Position numbers and translations under genes: made by a program | The notes under the pieces: generated by a model | What the model was told of the DNA's origin: nothing | Database searches by the model: none | Seen by the model: the letters and a program-made list of their open reading frames with translations, nothing else | Shown here: positions 18,401-28,123 of the stretch, in pieces | Layout: every line of letters begins with the position of its first letter | Position numbering within the stretch: the first letter of the stretch is position 1 | From: a virus | Taxonomy: Duplodnaviria; Caudoviricetes | Strand: one strand, 5' to 3' | IMG/VR virus record: IMGVR_UViG_3300025530_000023 | Coordinates: 1-41,941 of that record | Length of the DNA stretch: 41,941 bases

Positions 18401-18836
18401 ATGTCTCTCAATTCTGTTATAAATTTCGATAAAATTTCTAATGAAGCATCTAAACAATTGTTTTTGTGCGAAAATGATGGAGAACCTCCAAAAAAATACA
18501 CTTATTGAAGCTAATGCTGAATATATTGAAGAAAATAAATGAAATAAATATTTCTTATCCACATTACTACATTATCTCGAAAAGGACAGATATGACAAAA
18601 AATCTAAAAGATGGATCAAAGTTAAAAATAAAGATGAAGATAAAATTATTATAGATAAAAAGAGCGCAGCTATGTTTGTTTCTATTCATGCTTTAACATT
18701 ACTATGTATTCTTAACATTATTTCAAGGGAAAATGAAGACTCTCTGGAAGAAATTACTTTTGAGAGGAATGAAGAAACTTACTGTTTAAAGAAAGTAGAT
18801 AATACGTGGTTACTCGGATTCACTTTGAGTAACTAA
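18401..18836 (+). pseudogene. Degraded paralogue of 18929..19633
   Basis: RBS AAGGAGG plus ATG; frameshift at A7 (18490-96); TGA at 18540; downstream frame NKYFLSTLLH..D.YD....W..SAAMFVSIH aligns to the next gene. Confidence 0.8.
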
Positions 18837-18839
18837 TTA

Positions 18840-18890
18840 TATATTATTATTGTGTATATGACACATTATTAGCATATGTAATGATGTGTC
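18840..18890 (+). promoter_or_regulatory. Early-type promoter plus 5' hairpin
   Basis: TATATTAT-N6-G(18854); GACACATTATTA..TAATGATGTGTC. Confidence 0.7.
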
Positions 18891-18928
18891 TTTACAATCA
18901 AACCAAAAAATCAGGAGGAGAAAGGTAA

Positions 18929-19633
18929 ATGGCGAAAAAACTCATTGAAATCACGAACTCTGTGTCTTCGAAGGCGTTCCATTGCGAGCGCAACATCAAC
19001 GGCGAAGCTACGAAGGCCGAAATTGACATGCCGATCCAGGCCATCATCGACACCGGCATCTCCAACGCAATTTCCCGCACCTTGTATCTGAAGATGAACC
19101 AGGAACCGGCTGAAGAGGTCCAGCTGGTTGTTGGTCCGTTCACCTACGGCGTCGTTGCGCGACGGTCGGGCGAATCCCTGTCGCTGAACCCGACGTTCAC
19201 GCTGACGAACGAGAAGAAGCTTCTCAGCGAACTGGACAACTTCCAGGAGAAGCTGTACAACAATGTATCGCTCATCGAATCGATCGCAACCACTATCGAC
19301 GACAAAGTCTTCCTGGACACCGTCATCCATTGCTGCAAGCTGGATGAATACGATGTTGCGGAAGGCGAATGGGTCGAGAAGAAGACGGATGCTGACCGTG
19401 GGGTTGAGCTCGACGAAATGTCGGCGCAGCTGTTCGTTGCGATTCACGTCGCGGCAATCCTTCACGTTCTGGCGAACAGCAAATCGCCGGAAGAAGTCGT
19501 GAAGTACGAAGTTCCCGGCGAGGGAACATACACGATTGAACTCAAGAAGGACAAGTGGGAAATCGGTTTTGTTCCTTCGAAGGAGTTCAAACAAACGATC
19601 AAGAACGACCGCCTCATCGAAGCTCTCGTCTGA
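18929..19633 (+). CDS. Highly expressed protein, possibly tandem HU/IHF-like DNA-binding
   Basis: Strong RBS, GC-rich biased codons; EVPGEGTYTI..FVPSKEFKQTIK resembles the HU C-terminal pattern. Confidence 0.6.
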   Translation: MAKKLIEITNSVSSKAFHCERNINGEATKAEIDMPIQAIIDTGISNAISRTLYLKMNQEPAEEVQLVVGPFTYGVVARRSGESLSLNPTFTLTNEKKLLSELDNFQEKLYNNVSLIESIATTIDDKVFLDTVIHCCKLDEYDVAEGEWVEKKTDADRGVELDEMSAQLFVAIHVAAILHVLANSKSPEEVVKYEVPGEGTYTIELKKDKWEIGFVPSKEFKQTIKNDRLIEALV

Positions 19634-19645
19634 TCATGTTCGGAA

Positions 19646-19688
19646 CGCCAGCCGAAACCGGATTATTTTCCGGTTTCGGCCAGTGGCG
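19646..19688 (+). promoter_or_regulatory. Intergenic hairpin (weak terminator or 3' stabiliser)
   Basis: GCCGAAACCGGA-TTATTT-TCCGGTTTCGGC with no immediate U tract. Confidence 0.65.
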
Positions 19689-19750
19689 TTTAGTAAAATT
19701 TTTTATAAAATATATTCATCAGACACCATAGAAGGGAAGGAAGAGGAGTC

Positions 19751-21640
19751 TTGGCAATAAACTATCTTGGCCAAATGGTCGCAGAGATGTCAGACAAGAT
19801 GGCTGCTGATGTCAATGAAGATTTGTTTGATAGAAGAAAAGGAAAACAAATTTGGGAATTCATTGCCGAAGACTTAAAATCAATCGAAATGCTTCCCGAT
19901 ATATTTGTAAGGGATATTGAATATATCCGCGATCCTTCAAAAATTGATGTTCGTCTCAATATGAGGAATATCAAGAATAAAAAGATTATAAAAAATCGTA
20001 TTGAAAAACTTATTCCGGTGCAACAAGATGTTTTTGATGCAATAAAATTCACTGTGGATATTGTTGGAGGGAGCAAGGTCGAAAATATTATTCTCCTTCC
20101 AAAGTATATAGATAGGTATCATTTTCTGATTTCCGGTAACAAAACTCTTGCAATGTTTCAGGTCGTTGACAATGCTACTTATAACCGCAAGGGAGAAGTA
20201 ATACTCAAATCTAGAATACAACTTAGACTCAGTAAAGAAGATAAACGCAAAAGGTTCCACCTTATATGTGTCGAATCAGGAAAAGAATTCAAGATTAGCA
20301 ATCTCATAGTAAATCTATTCAAGAAGAAATTCAACCCGCTATTCTATTTTGTAGCCAAAAAAGGCATTCTGGGTACTATTGATTTCTTTGGTTATACAAA
20401 ATTCCTCAATGTAGTTACAGAAGTTAAAAATCCAGATCTTTTCTACTATTTCAAAATAAATTCGAATATCCTGCTTGAAGCTGAAAAGAATTTATTTGAA
20501 GAAGATCCGTTCATGAGAACGTTCGCAGGAATGTTCATTCAGGTTTTCAATACGAGAAATAAAATAGAAGATATCTATGATGATGAACTTTGGGTAAAAC
20601 GTCTGGGTTCACTTTTTACTTCCGCTCCAAAGAATCAACTTAATAAAGGTTATGATGTTCTTAAATCGTTTAGGAATGTTCTTGATACCACAACACAGAA
20701 CGCGTTAAGGATCGATTATAAAGATAAAGCAGATATTTACTGTGTTCTTCGTTGGATGATGAGAGAGTTTAATGAACTCAGAAATATGGATAACAACTCT
20801 CTCTTCAATAAAAGAATCAGGATTAACGAATATATTGCTGCACATTTTAGCAGATTTCTTAAGGATAAGGTTAATTATGCTCTTAATCTTAAGCCTTATG
20901 ATAAAGAGAAACTTTCTAAGTTCTTCAAATTCGATGAATATATCTTGATAAAGACCCTGTTTAAAAGCAAGAAACCTTCGCCACTATTCAGATATAATAT
21001 AGATATTAATGATCTTCAAGCACTGAATGGATTGAAATTTTCGTTTACAGGAATTCAGGGACTTCCTTCTGATAAGGTTAAAGATGAGCAAAGGGATATT
21101 TACCCCAGCCATCTTGGAAGATTTGAACTTAATGCAATTTCATCAAGTTCTCCCGGCATCTCCGGCATGTTGACTCCATTCTGCAAGATTTACGATGGAG
21201 GATATTTCGGAGAATCGCAGACTATTGAGAAACCTTATGTGAAGAAACTTCAAAAACGTATTAGACAAATTGAAGAAAATGAAGAACTCAATCAAAAGAT
21301 CGAAGAGCATTATAACTCAATCCAGGAAGAACATGAGAGACGCAAATTTGATATTAAATATAGAGATCTCCGGAATGAGAGAGGATATATCAGGATCGTC
21401 AGACCTGTTTACAATCGAACAGGTGGATTTATCAGAGTAGAAAGAAGATTAGATCCTTCTAGTTATGTAAGAAATTCAAGAGGTTTTATTGTAATAAAGA
21501 AAACTTTCCGACTTATTAAACTTAAAGTAAGAATTAAATCAGAATATAGTGTTAGTTCATACAGACGAAATGAAGATGGGTTAATAAAAATCTATATTAA
21601 TAAAAATGGACCGTTCAGAAGTTGCGGAACCTTTAAATGA
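19751..21640 (+). CDS. RNA polymerase beta N-terminal half (probable non-virion RNAP)
   Basis: LPKY..HFLISG, LFNKRIRINE, RDIYPSHLGRFE..SPGISG (cf. bacterial RDVHPTHYGR). Confidence 0.85.
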   Translation: MAINYLGQMVAEMSDKMAADVNEDLFDRRKGKQIWEFIAEDLKSIEMLPDIFVRDIEYIRDPSKIDVRLNMRNIKNKKIIKNRIEKLIPVQQDVFDAIKFTVDIVGGSKVENIILLPKYIDRYHFLISGNKTLAMFQVVDNATYNRKGEVILKSRIQLRLSKEDKRKRFHLICVESGKEFKISNLIVNLFKKKFNPLFYFVAKKGILGTIDFFGYTKFLNVVTEVKNPDLFYYFKINSNILLEAEKNLFEEDPFMRTFAGMFIQVFNTRNKIEDIYDDELWVKRLGSLFTSAPKNQLNKGYDVLKSFRNVLDTTTQNALRIDYKDKADIYCVLRWMMREFNELRNMDNNSLFNKRIRINEYIAAHFSRFLKDKVNYALNLKPYDKEKLSKFFKFDEYILIKTLFKSKKPSPLFRYNIDINDLQALNGLKFSFTGIQGLPSDKVKDEQRDIYPSHLGRFELNAISSSSPGISGMLTPFCKIYDGGYFGESQTIEKPYVKKLQKRIRQIEENEELNQKIEEHYNSIQEEHERRKFDIKYRDLRNERGYIRIVRPVYNRTGGFIRVERRLDPSSYVRNSRGFIVIKKTFRLIKLKVRIKSEYSVSSYRRNEDGLIKIYINKNGPFRSCGTFK

Positions 21641-21667
21641 CCGATATTCAGTTCTAAAAGAATAACC

Positions 21668-21703
21668 AAAAGGAATCCGGATTTATCCGGATTCCTTTTT
21701 TTT
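21668..21703. terminator. Bidirectional terminator
   Basis: AAAAGGAATCCGGA-TTTA-TCCGGATTCCTTTT between convergent genes. Confidence 0.9.
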
Positions 21704-21805
21704 TATTTAAGATGCTTTTAATAGAATGAAAGTATTCTTTTTTCCAACATATGACAATCTTTGACATTTAAAGCGTCAACTTTGTGTTCTTGTATATGAT
21801 CCTCA

Positions 21806-22522
21806 TTATTCATAACGATGATAAAATTTGATAGCCTTATTTGGATAGCCTTTGGTATTAAATCTGTCTATGAGCTCTTTCCGTTCTGATTCCCCATTTT
21901 CAAATATACCAAGTTTAAGATCAACATTACCAATCGGCATAGTGAGCTGATCGTAATGTTTCAGTTTATTATAAATGAAAATTTTTATATCACATTCGGC
22001 AAGATCCAAGAATTGTTCGACTACTGAATCAGGAATAGCCGAAAATGATGGATAAACAAGTTTAAATGTTATATAAACATCATATTCTCCGAATCCTTTT
22101 AATCTTACCTTATTAGGAGGAATGAATTTAAATGATCTATAGCTATAGTTTGATAATGATGCAATATTTGTAGCTGCTGAGTTGACAAGAACATCTTCTA
22201 TAGTTAAGGCAAATGGTCTATAAGTATCCATAAATGAGTTTCCTTCTACACCTGATTTCGCACGAACATCCGCTATAGAAATTATTTTTAATTTATTTGC
22301 ATCTATTTCTGGAATATTCAAATAGTATTCATTTTCCACATCAGATTTATTTTGACTAGGATTGTATAAAAATCTTCTATAATAGGGAAAGTATTGAGAG
22401 AAAATAGGTAGGGTATTTGTAAGAAGATTTCTATGAATCTCTGGATAGAGATAATCTAGTTTGTACTCAACCAAACCAAGTCTTTGATTAAGGAGAATAT
22501 CCAATATTGTATTTATATTCAT
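21806..22522 (-). CDS. Putative neck/head-completion protein (T4 gp13-like)
   Basis: C-terminal FLDLAECDIK..QLTMPIGNVDL..ERKELI resembles gp13 pattern (LPGGVTI..EKEAL); adjacent to the protease. Confidence 0.5.
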   Translation of the reverse strand: MNINTILDILLNQRLGLVEYKLDYLYPEIHRNLLTNTLPIFSQYFPYYRRFLYNPSQNKSDVENEYYLNIPEIDANKLKIISIADVRAKSGVEGNSFMDTYRPFALTIEDVLVNSAATNIASLSNYSYRSFKFIPPNKVRLKGFGEYDVYITFKLVYPSFSAIPDSVVEQFLDLAECDIKIFIYNKLKHYDQLTMPIGNVDLKLGIFENGESERKELIDRFNTKGYPNKAIKFYHRYE

Positions 22523-22554
22523 TCAATCATCTCCTAAGTTTTTATTTTTTTTTC

Positions 22555-23433
22555 TTAATTATTCTCTCTCAGACCGCGGATCATATGTCTATAGTTCTCT
22601 CTTATATATGATTCGATAGGAACAAATACTGTTATTGAGGTTCCGAGATACGAACCTTCAAGAATAACCTGCCCTTTTTCATTGAAAGTGCCGCAGGATT
22701 CTTCAAGTCCAAACAATTCTTTAGCAATTTTTACATTGTCAGACTTTTCGAGAATGAAGTTAGTAATTTGATGCTCGAGTTTCGTAGTATCTACCGGGTA
22801 TGAGACAGAGCATTCTTGGAGGAAGTCATCAGTATACTCATTCTTAGAAGTAACGTCATCTCTGGTTCCATATGCTTCTTTATGAGAAGGTCTATTAACT
22901 TGGTCATAAGTGATAATAGTAAGAGGATGCAATGCAACATTATTTGAATCGGTAGCACCGAACGCACGGAGAGAGAAACCCCATGGGCGCCCTGCCATCA
23001 ATTTATTATACATATCAAATCCATAACCATAAGGAGCAGTTGTTACATGGGCTTTAAGAAGATGTCCATCCTGCCAATATTTATCAATAAAGTGTGATAC
23101 ATAGGGATCAAGAATCTGAGATTGACGGACTGGATCTTTGCTATCCGGATGGCACCATTCACCAGCCCATTGTTTCTTACTAATATCATTCTGAATTTTG
23201 GGATTTTCGTTCAATCCACGCATAACGACCTTTGCAGGATAAGTACGTCCGTTCCAATTCAAACGTTCAAAGCTCTGAAGGACAGATTCAGCAGTTACCG
23301 TTTTAACTTTGGAGCCGGTCGCAGTTTCTATTACGTTCTCTCTAATGATATTAGTTCTTATATCACTAGGATTAACCGCTGCTTCTACAATGTAGAAAAT
23401 GGGAAACTCTTTCTTAGTCGTAGTAGTAATCAT
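22555..23433 (-). CDS. Prohead protease (T4 gp21-like)
   Basis: LQS..NWNGRTY, GEWCHP, VSH, GFSLRAFG, TYDQVNRPS. Confidence 0.88.
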   Translation of the reverse strand: MITTTTKKEFPIFYIVEAAVNPSDIRTNIIRENVIETATGSKVKTVTAESVLQSFERLNWNGRTYPAKVVMRGLNENPKIQNDISKKQWAGEWCHPDSKDPVRQSQILDPYVSHFIDKYWQDGHLLKAHVTTAPYGYGFDMYNKLMAGRPWGFSLRAFGATDSNNVALHPLTIITYDQVNRPSHKEAYGTRDDVTSKNEYTDDFLQECSVSYPVDTTKLEHQITNFILEKSDNVKIAKELFGLEESCGTFNEKGQVILEGSYLGTSITVFVPIESYIRENYRHMIRGLRENN

Positions 23434-23467
23434 ATTATCATTTCCTTTCCTATTATAGTATTTCTAT

Positions 23468-23479
23468 TAATGTAGTGTT
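23468..23479 (-). promoter_or_regulatory. Late-type promoter AACA-N6-TA
   Basis: AACA-CTACAT-TA on the minus strand upstream of the protease. Confidence 0.65.
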
Positions 23480-23516
23480 TAAAAAATGGTGAATGCTGTA
23501 GTATTGTATATTTTGA

Positions 23517-23528
23517 AACATCAGAATA
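23517..23528 (+). promoter_or_regulatory. Late-type promoter AACA-N6-TA
   Basis: AACA-TCAGAA-TA. Confidence 0.65.
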
Positions 23529-23557
23529 ATTAAATATTTATAAGGGGCGATTCTTTC

Positions 23558-24259
23558 ATGGATAGAAGCTTCTATAATAGTAAGCTTTTAAGCGAATATA
23601 AATCTAAAATGATTGAATCAACAGGAACAAATATTGATATGGCAATATTTGATGGACTTAGTTTTACTGAAAGCGATAACGATATAAAAACTGAGGCTCT
23701 TATAGAGTCATTTATTGAACTTATTGAAGAGAGTGGACTTGTACTGGATATAGAAGAAACGCAATTGAATGAAGGCGCAGCTCAAACTTTGAGAAAAATA
23801 AAAGATAAAGTATCTCAGGCAGTTGTAAAGGTTACCCTTGCAGAAAAACAACTTTACGAAAGAATAAATGAGAAATTCAATCGTTATATTAAATTGTACA
23901 GAGAAGGAAAGAGAAATGCTACTTACGATTCAATTGTAAAAAGATCTATCGACCTTTCTAGAATATTAAAAAGTCTGATACGTTCTATAGTAGTCGGTAT
24001 TTTGGTTCCTGGAGGAGTTCAAATAAAACTTGTTAGCGCTATAATAGCTATTATTATCCAAACTGCTCTTGATAAAAGAACTGATAAGAAATACAAAAAT
24101 CTTATATTTAATGATCTTAAATTTGAATTGAAAATAGTTCAGGAAAAAATTAAAGATGCAGAAGCAAGAGGAGATATTAAATCTAAATATAAACTTATGA
24201 GAATCGAGAACCAAATTGGTAGAGCAATGGATAGAATCAAATATAATATAAGGGATTAA
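23558..24259 (+). CDS. Putative internal head protein with propeptide
   Basis: Acidic N-terminus with MIES/FTES/LIES/LNEG motifs; basic C-terminus with hydrophobic hairpin. Confidence 0.6.
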   Translation: MDRSFYNSKLLSEYKSKMIESTGTNIDMAIFDGLSFTESDNDIKTEALIESFIELIEESGLVLDIEETQLNEGAAQTLRKIKDKVSQAVVKVTLAEKQLYERINEKFNRYIKLYREGKRNATYDSIVKRSIDLSRILKSLIRSIVVGILVPGGVQIKLVSAIIAIIIQTALDKRTDKKYKNLIFNDLKFELKIVQEKIKDAEARGDIKSKYKLMRIENQIGRAMDRIKYNIRD

Positions 24260-24274
24260 TAAGGAGGAAAAGAT

Positions 24275-24970
24275 ATGTCAATTAGAAATAAGCTTAAATC
24301 TATTTTGGAAGGAAATCTTCTTCTGGAAGCAGAAGAAGATAAGTATGATTTGGAAAATCAAGATGATAACTCTTCAGAAAATGATGACAATGCGGACCAA
24401 CCTGATACTAGCGATCAAAATGATAATGAAAATCAAGAAAATGATGATAATAAAGGTGAAGAAAATAACCAGGATGATGAAAATGAAGAAGAATCCGGGG
24501 ACCCTGATTATGGCTTAGATGATGATAACGACGAAGAACAAGAAACTAATGAAGGTGGTGATGAGCCTTCCACTAGTGATTCCGAGACAGCGGATAATCC
24601 TACGGATAATTCTGGTTCATCTCCTAATCAAGAAAAACCTGGAAGTTTGTTAAATATTGATGCAAAGTCTAGATCCATACTCACATTCAAAAATTTTGAA
24701 AGATATAGGAATCTTAGAGATGATACTGGCAGATTAATAAACGAACTATCTGAATTTGTTCCCACTTCTGATGAGGCAAGACAATATTTATTGATAGCAG
24801 TAGAAAAGGGCAATGATCTTTTTAAGAAACTTAATGATTATATACTATATAAGTATATTGATAATTCATATGAGGTAAACTATAATAACTATATGCAATT
24901 TATACTGGAAAAACGCTATTTGGATGAATTATACAGAAATATAATCCGCATGTCAACTCAGAAGGGATAA
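24275..24970 (+). CDS. Acidic low-complexity protein, putative prohead core/scaffold
   Basis: ILEG/LLEA motifs, ~100-aa D/E/N-rich tract, directly upstream of the capsid gene. Confidence 0.55.
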   Translation: MSIRNKLKSILEGNLLLEAEEDKYDLENQDDNSSENDDNADQPDTSDQNDNENQENDDNKGEENNQDDENEEESGDPDYGLDDDNDEEQETNEGGDEPSTSDSETADNPTDNSGSSPNQEKPGSLLNIDAKSRSILTFKNFERYRNLRDDTGRLINELSEFVPTSDEARQYLLIAVEKGNDLFKKLNDYILYKYIDNSYEVNYNNYMQFILEKRYLDELYRNIIRMSTQKG

Positions 24971-24990
24971 AAAATAATTTTTAAAGAATC

Positions 24991-25002
24991 AACATAAAAT
25001 CG
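24991..25002 (+). promoter_or_regulatory. Late-type promoter AACA-N6-CG
   Basis: AACA-TAAAAT-CG upstream of the capsid gene. Confidence 0.55.
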
Positions 25003-25068
25003 AGGTTTTTCAAAACCCCAACAAGAGATAAATATTTTACTCACTCTTTATTAAAGGAGGAAATCAAG

Positions 25069-26724
25069 ATGTCACGTGAATATCTTGAACTGACGCTTGG
25101 TATGTCGACGGCACGGGATCAGAAAGTCGAAGAATTCTATCAACGACTGTTCGAGTCCTACGGCCCGAATGTTAGCGGCGAAATCGCAAGCATTTTCAAA
25201 AGCAGAGAGAGTGCACAGGCGTTCCTGGAGACGGTCAACGAGATCCTCGAAGACAAGAATCTCGAAGGACAAGGTCTGTCCAATGCTATTCTCCGAGAGG
25301 ACGCTGCAGCTCGCGGCGTTGCTATGCAAAACGTCGTGAATGAGCTGCTCATGGAATCGACACAACAAGGCCTCGCTGCCCTGCGGCCGATCTCGCTGAC
25401 TTCGTTCGGCTTCCAGATCCGGTCGTATGTCAAGGCTGCAATGCACCGGGCTGTCAAGACGGTGCAAGCTGAACGCCCGGCGTTCAAGATCACGGAGCGC
25501 AAGCAATACGTGATCGACATCCAGGGCAACAAGCACTACTTTGTTGACGCTTTCAACCGGAATTCCAACATCATCAACAACCTGCACCAAAAATTCAACT
25601 TCACCGTCAACGTTCCGACATCGGACTACGACATCTTCACCACGAACTCGATCGATCCTCGGAACAAGCTGGCGGTGGATATCGCTGTGAAGTCGTTCAC
25701 GGCTGTCGAACCTGGTGAAGATCCAGAACCAGCTGCAGAAGAAACGCTCAAGATCATCGGTCGGAATCGTCAAATCGACATCGAAACTGGTCGCTTCAGT
25801 GTCGATGTCCAATTCGGTTCGGACAATGCGAAAGCAACGATCATGGGCGAAATCGATTTTGAATCGGCCAAGCTGGTGAGCATCAGCTCGACTTCTCCGC
25901 GCATCACAACGGTTACGTTCGCTGCGCGTCTGTCGTCCGAAACGCATCTCAAGGCGCTGGTTACCGGCTTCGAACACAAGCACACCAACGTCGTGATTCC
26001 GGACGGCGCACATATCGAAGTCAATCCGTCGGTTGAGTTCATCGACGACGTGAACCGCATGCTGGGTGTGAATGCTCTCGAAGAGTATACCAACCAGATG
26101 GGACAACTCGTCGAACAACTCGAAGACCGGAGCATCTACGAATACCTGAAGGATCTTGAATCGCAGGCCATCCTGACGAAGGACTTCAACGTTACGCCAG
26201 ATGCCGGCTTCAGTCTGGGCCGCGAAGAATGGCTGCGTCGTGAGTTCCATCCGTTCATCGAGCGGATCTGCATCCGCCTGAAGGCTGAGCTGCAACTTGA
26301 CGACTGTCACTTCCGCGTGGTCGGCAACCCGATCGATATTCGGGTCCCGAACGCATCCGGTGAGCAGTACATCTTCCGTCGCAATCAGGACATGACCGGG
26401 GCGTCGCAAGTCAACTACGACTTCGCGGTGATGAGCACCGGTATGACGATCTTCTACCTGTCCACGGATCGCGTGGCACCGGGCAAGATCTACATCAACC
26501 TGATTCCGAACAGCATCCAGAACAACATGATCACGATCAACCACTACCGGTATGCGAACTACGTTTCGAACAAGTACCGGAGCAGCGTGAACCCGGCATT
26601 GCCGGCCATCATGGTGTCGAGCCGCTATCAGACCAAGGAGTACTATCCGGTCATGGCGGTTGTCAACATGCAGAACAACTATTCTGACTACTACCAAGGC
26701 TTCTACCTGAATCAGCAGCAATAA
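25069..26724 (+). CDS. Major capsid protein precursor
   Basis: 551 aa, strongest codon bias in the window, near the protease, propeptide ending LLME|S (E96), strong terminator. Confidence 0.8.
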   Translation: MSREYLELTLGMSTARDQKVEEFYQRLFESYGPNVSGEIASIFKSRESAQAFLETVNEILEDKNLEGQGLSNAILREDAAARGVAMQNVVNELLMESTQQGLAALRPISLTSFGFQIRSYVKAAMHRAVKTVQAERPAFKITERKQYVIDIQGNKHYFVDAFNRNSNIINNLHQKFNFTVNVPTSDYDIFTTNSIDPRNKLAVDIAVKSFTAVEPGEDPEPAAEETLKIIGRNRQIDIETGRFSVDVQFGSDNAKATIMGEIDFESAKLVSISSTSPRITTVTFAARLSSETHLKALVTGFEHKHTNVVIPDGAHIEVNPSVEFIDDVNRMLGVNALEEYTNQMGQLVEQLEDRSIYEYLKDLESQAILTKDFNVTPDAGFSLGREEWLRREFHPFIERICIRLKAELQLDDCHFRVVGNPIDIRVPNASGEQYIFRRNQDMTGASQVNYDFAVMSTGMTIFYLSTDRVAPGKIYINLIPNSIQNNMITINHYRYANYVSNKYRSSVNPALPAIMVSSRYQTKEYYPVMAVVNMQNNYSDYYQGFYLNQQQ

Positions 26725-26737
26725 TTGTTCTGCCGCG

Positions 26738-26776
26738 AAACTCCCAGTGGTTAATTCCACTGGGAGTTTTATTTTT
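26738..26776 (+). terminator. Intrinsic terminator
   Basis: AAACTCCCAGTGG..CCACTGGGAGTTTT. Confidence 0.9.
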
Positions 26777-26833
26777 GTATTTAAATTTCAGAACTTAATA
26801 TAAATTTGAATATTTCCAAGGGAGGAACTTCAT

Positions 26834-28066
26834 GTGAATAAATATGTATTTCATATTCTCGCTGCTACCTTTGATGACTTAAAGAGGGATTATACGAATA
26901 ATCTGGAATATCTTGAAAGAATCAAAACTATTCTTAATAATGAGGTTAAAAATCCTCCGTGCATAAATGTAATCATAAACGATTCAACTGTAGCTCAAAC
27001 TTTCTATGGAATGATCGTATTCCCTAAAACTATTCTGTCTAATAATAAGGGAATAGAGATTAAAAGCTATGCAGTCGAGATACAAAAAAGCCTCCTTGAT
27101 TTACTTAATGGGCAGCAATTGGCGGCACTTCTTATTCATGATATTTCACATAACGTATTGACATATACAGCAATCGAACGATTCAAAGCCGCTATTTATC
27201 AGGCTTGTAAAATGTCTCATATGAAAGTAATTGAAATTCTTTACAATCTTGACAATAAAGCAAGGGATCTTGCTATTCTTGATATTGCTAACCGTACTTA
27301 TAAAGAACCTGTTCTCCCGGACGTGGAAATTTATGAAGCTGATCGTATACTTATCGATATGGAAATTTATGATTATTTCAATTCTGCTATTAAAAAGATT
27401 AAGGAACAAATCGAAGAGTTTGATCTTTCCAATCCAGATCATCAGAATATCGCAGATGTATATACAGCGACTGTAATGATTAAGATTGTAATGGAAAAAG
27501 CTAAAGGGATCATGCGCCAATATAATTGGCATAAGGGATATGTTGAGAAATTCTACGATACTAAAATATTTAAATTATTCCCCTCAATTGATATTGAAGT
27601 AAGAGAAGAATTGTTTGGTCAAAAAGTTAGTGAGATTGAATATTACAAACCATATGAGCTTTCAATGCTTAAAGAGTCTGCAATACTTCAAGAATCTACG
27701 CTCGATTTTATTTATAGGAAACAAGGCACTGATAACGGTTCCTTGATTATAGAAAGTGTAAAAGATTATCTGCTTACGGAGTCATTTAGTAAACGTCCGA
27801 GATTGACAGCTTTACAGAAAGAATATGATATTATTACGTTTAAAATGCAAAATATGTCTTCAAATTACGAAAGACTTAGCCTTCTTGACAGAATATATGA
27901 TAACATTTATCTTATTGAAAAATATCTCAAAAAGAATCCGGGTGATACCGAGATTCAAGAATTTATGGATAAATTCCTTGAATTGCCGAAAATTCTTAAA
28001 GAGCTCAAACCTTCCAAAAAAAGATATGATATCTATGTAGAATATCCTGCAGGTTACGAAGGATAA
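26834..28066 (+). CDS. Putative virion protein with degenerate zincin motif
   Basis: LAALLIHDISH..EADR; cluster of LKES/LQES/IIES/LTES. Confidence 0.6.
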   Translation: MNKYVFHILAATFDDLKRDYTNNLEYLERIKTILNNEVKNPPCINVIINDSTVAQTFYGMIVFPKTILSNNKGIEIKSYAVEIQKSLLDLLNGQQLAALLIHDISHNVLTYTAIERFKAAIYQACKMSHMKVIEILYNLDNKARDLAILDIANRTYKEPVLPDVEIYEADRILIDMEIYDYFNSAIKKIKEQIEEFDLSNPDHQNIADVYTATVMIKIVMEKAKGIMRQYNWHKGYVEKFYDTKIFKLFPSIDIEVREELFGQKVSEIEYYKPYELSMLKESAILQESTLDFIYRKQGTDNGSLIIESVKDYLLTESFSKRPRLTALQKEYDIITFKMQNMSSNYERLSLLDRIYDNIYLIEKYLKKNPGDTEIQEFMDKFLELPKILKELKPSKKRYDIYVEYPAGYEG

Positions 28067-28084
28067 AATTTCTCTATGTTCCGA

Positions 28085-28123
28085 AAAAAAATCCAAGGAG
28101 GACTCACTCTCCTTGGATTTTTT
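28085..28123. terminator. Bidirectional terminator
   Basis: AAAAAATCCAAGGAG..CTCCTTGGATTTTTT between convergent genes. Confidence 0.88.

Noticed and set aside
18316-18562. Minus-strand ORFs of 61 and 64 aa
   Set aside because: Better explained by the plus-strand pseudogene, which has a promoter, RBS and homology.
18911-19594. 227-aa antisense ORF
   Set aside because: Same shadow effect from biased codons in 18929..19633.
24340-24620. GAT/AAT/GAA-rich repetitive DNA
   Set aside because: Low-complexity acidic coding tract, not a repeat array.
25072-26760. 562-aa antisense ORF spanning the capsid gene
   Set aside because: It is in codon register with the sense gene, which avoids TTA/CTA/TCA and so removes antisense stops. 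It has no RBS and starts inside the terminator.
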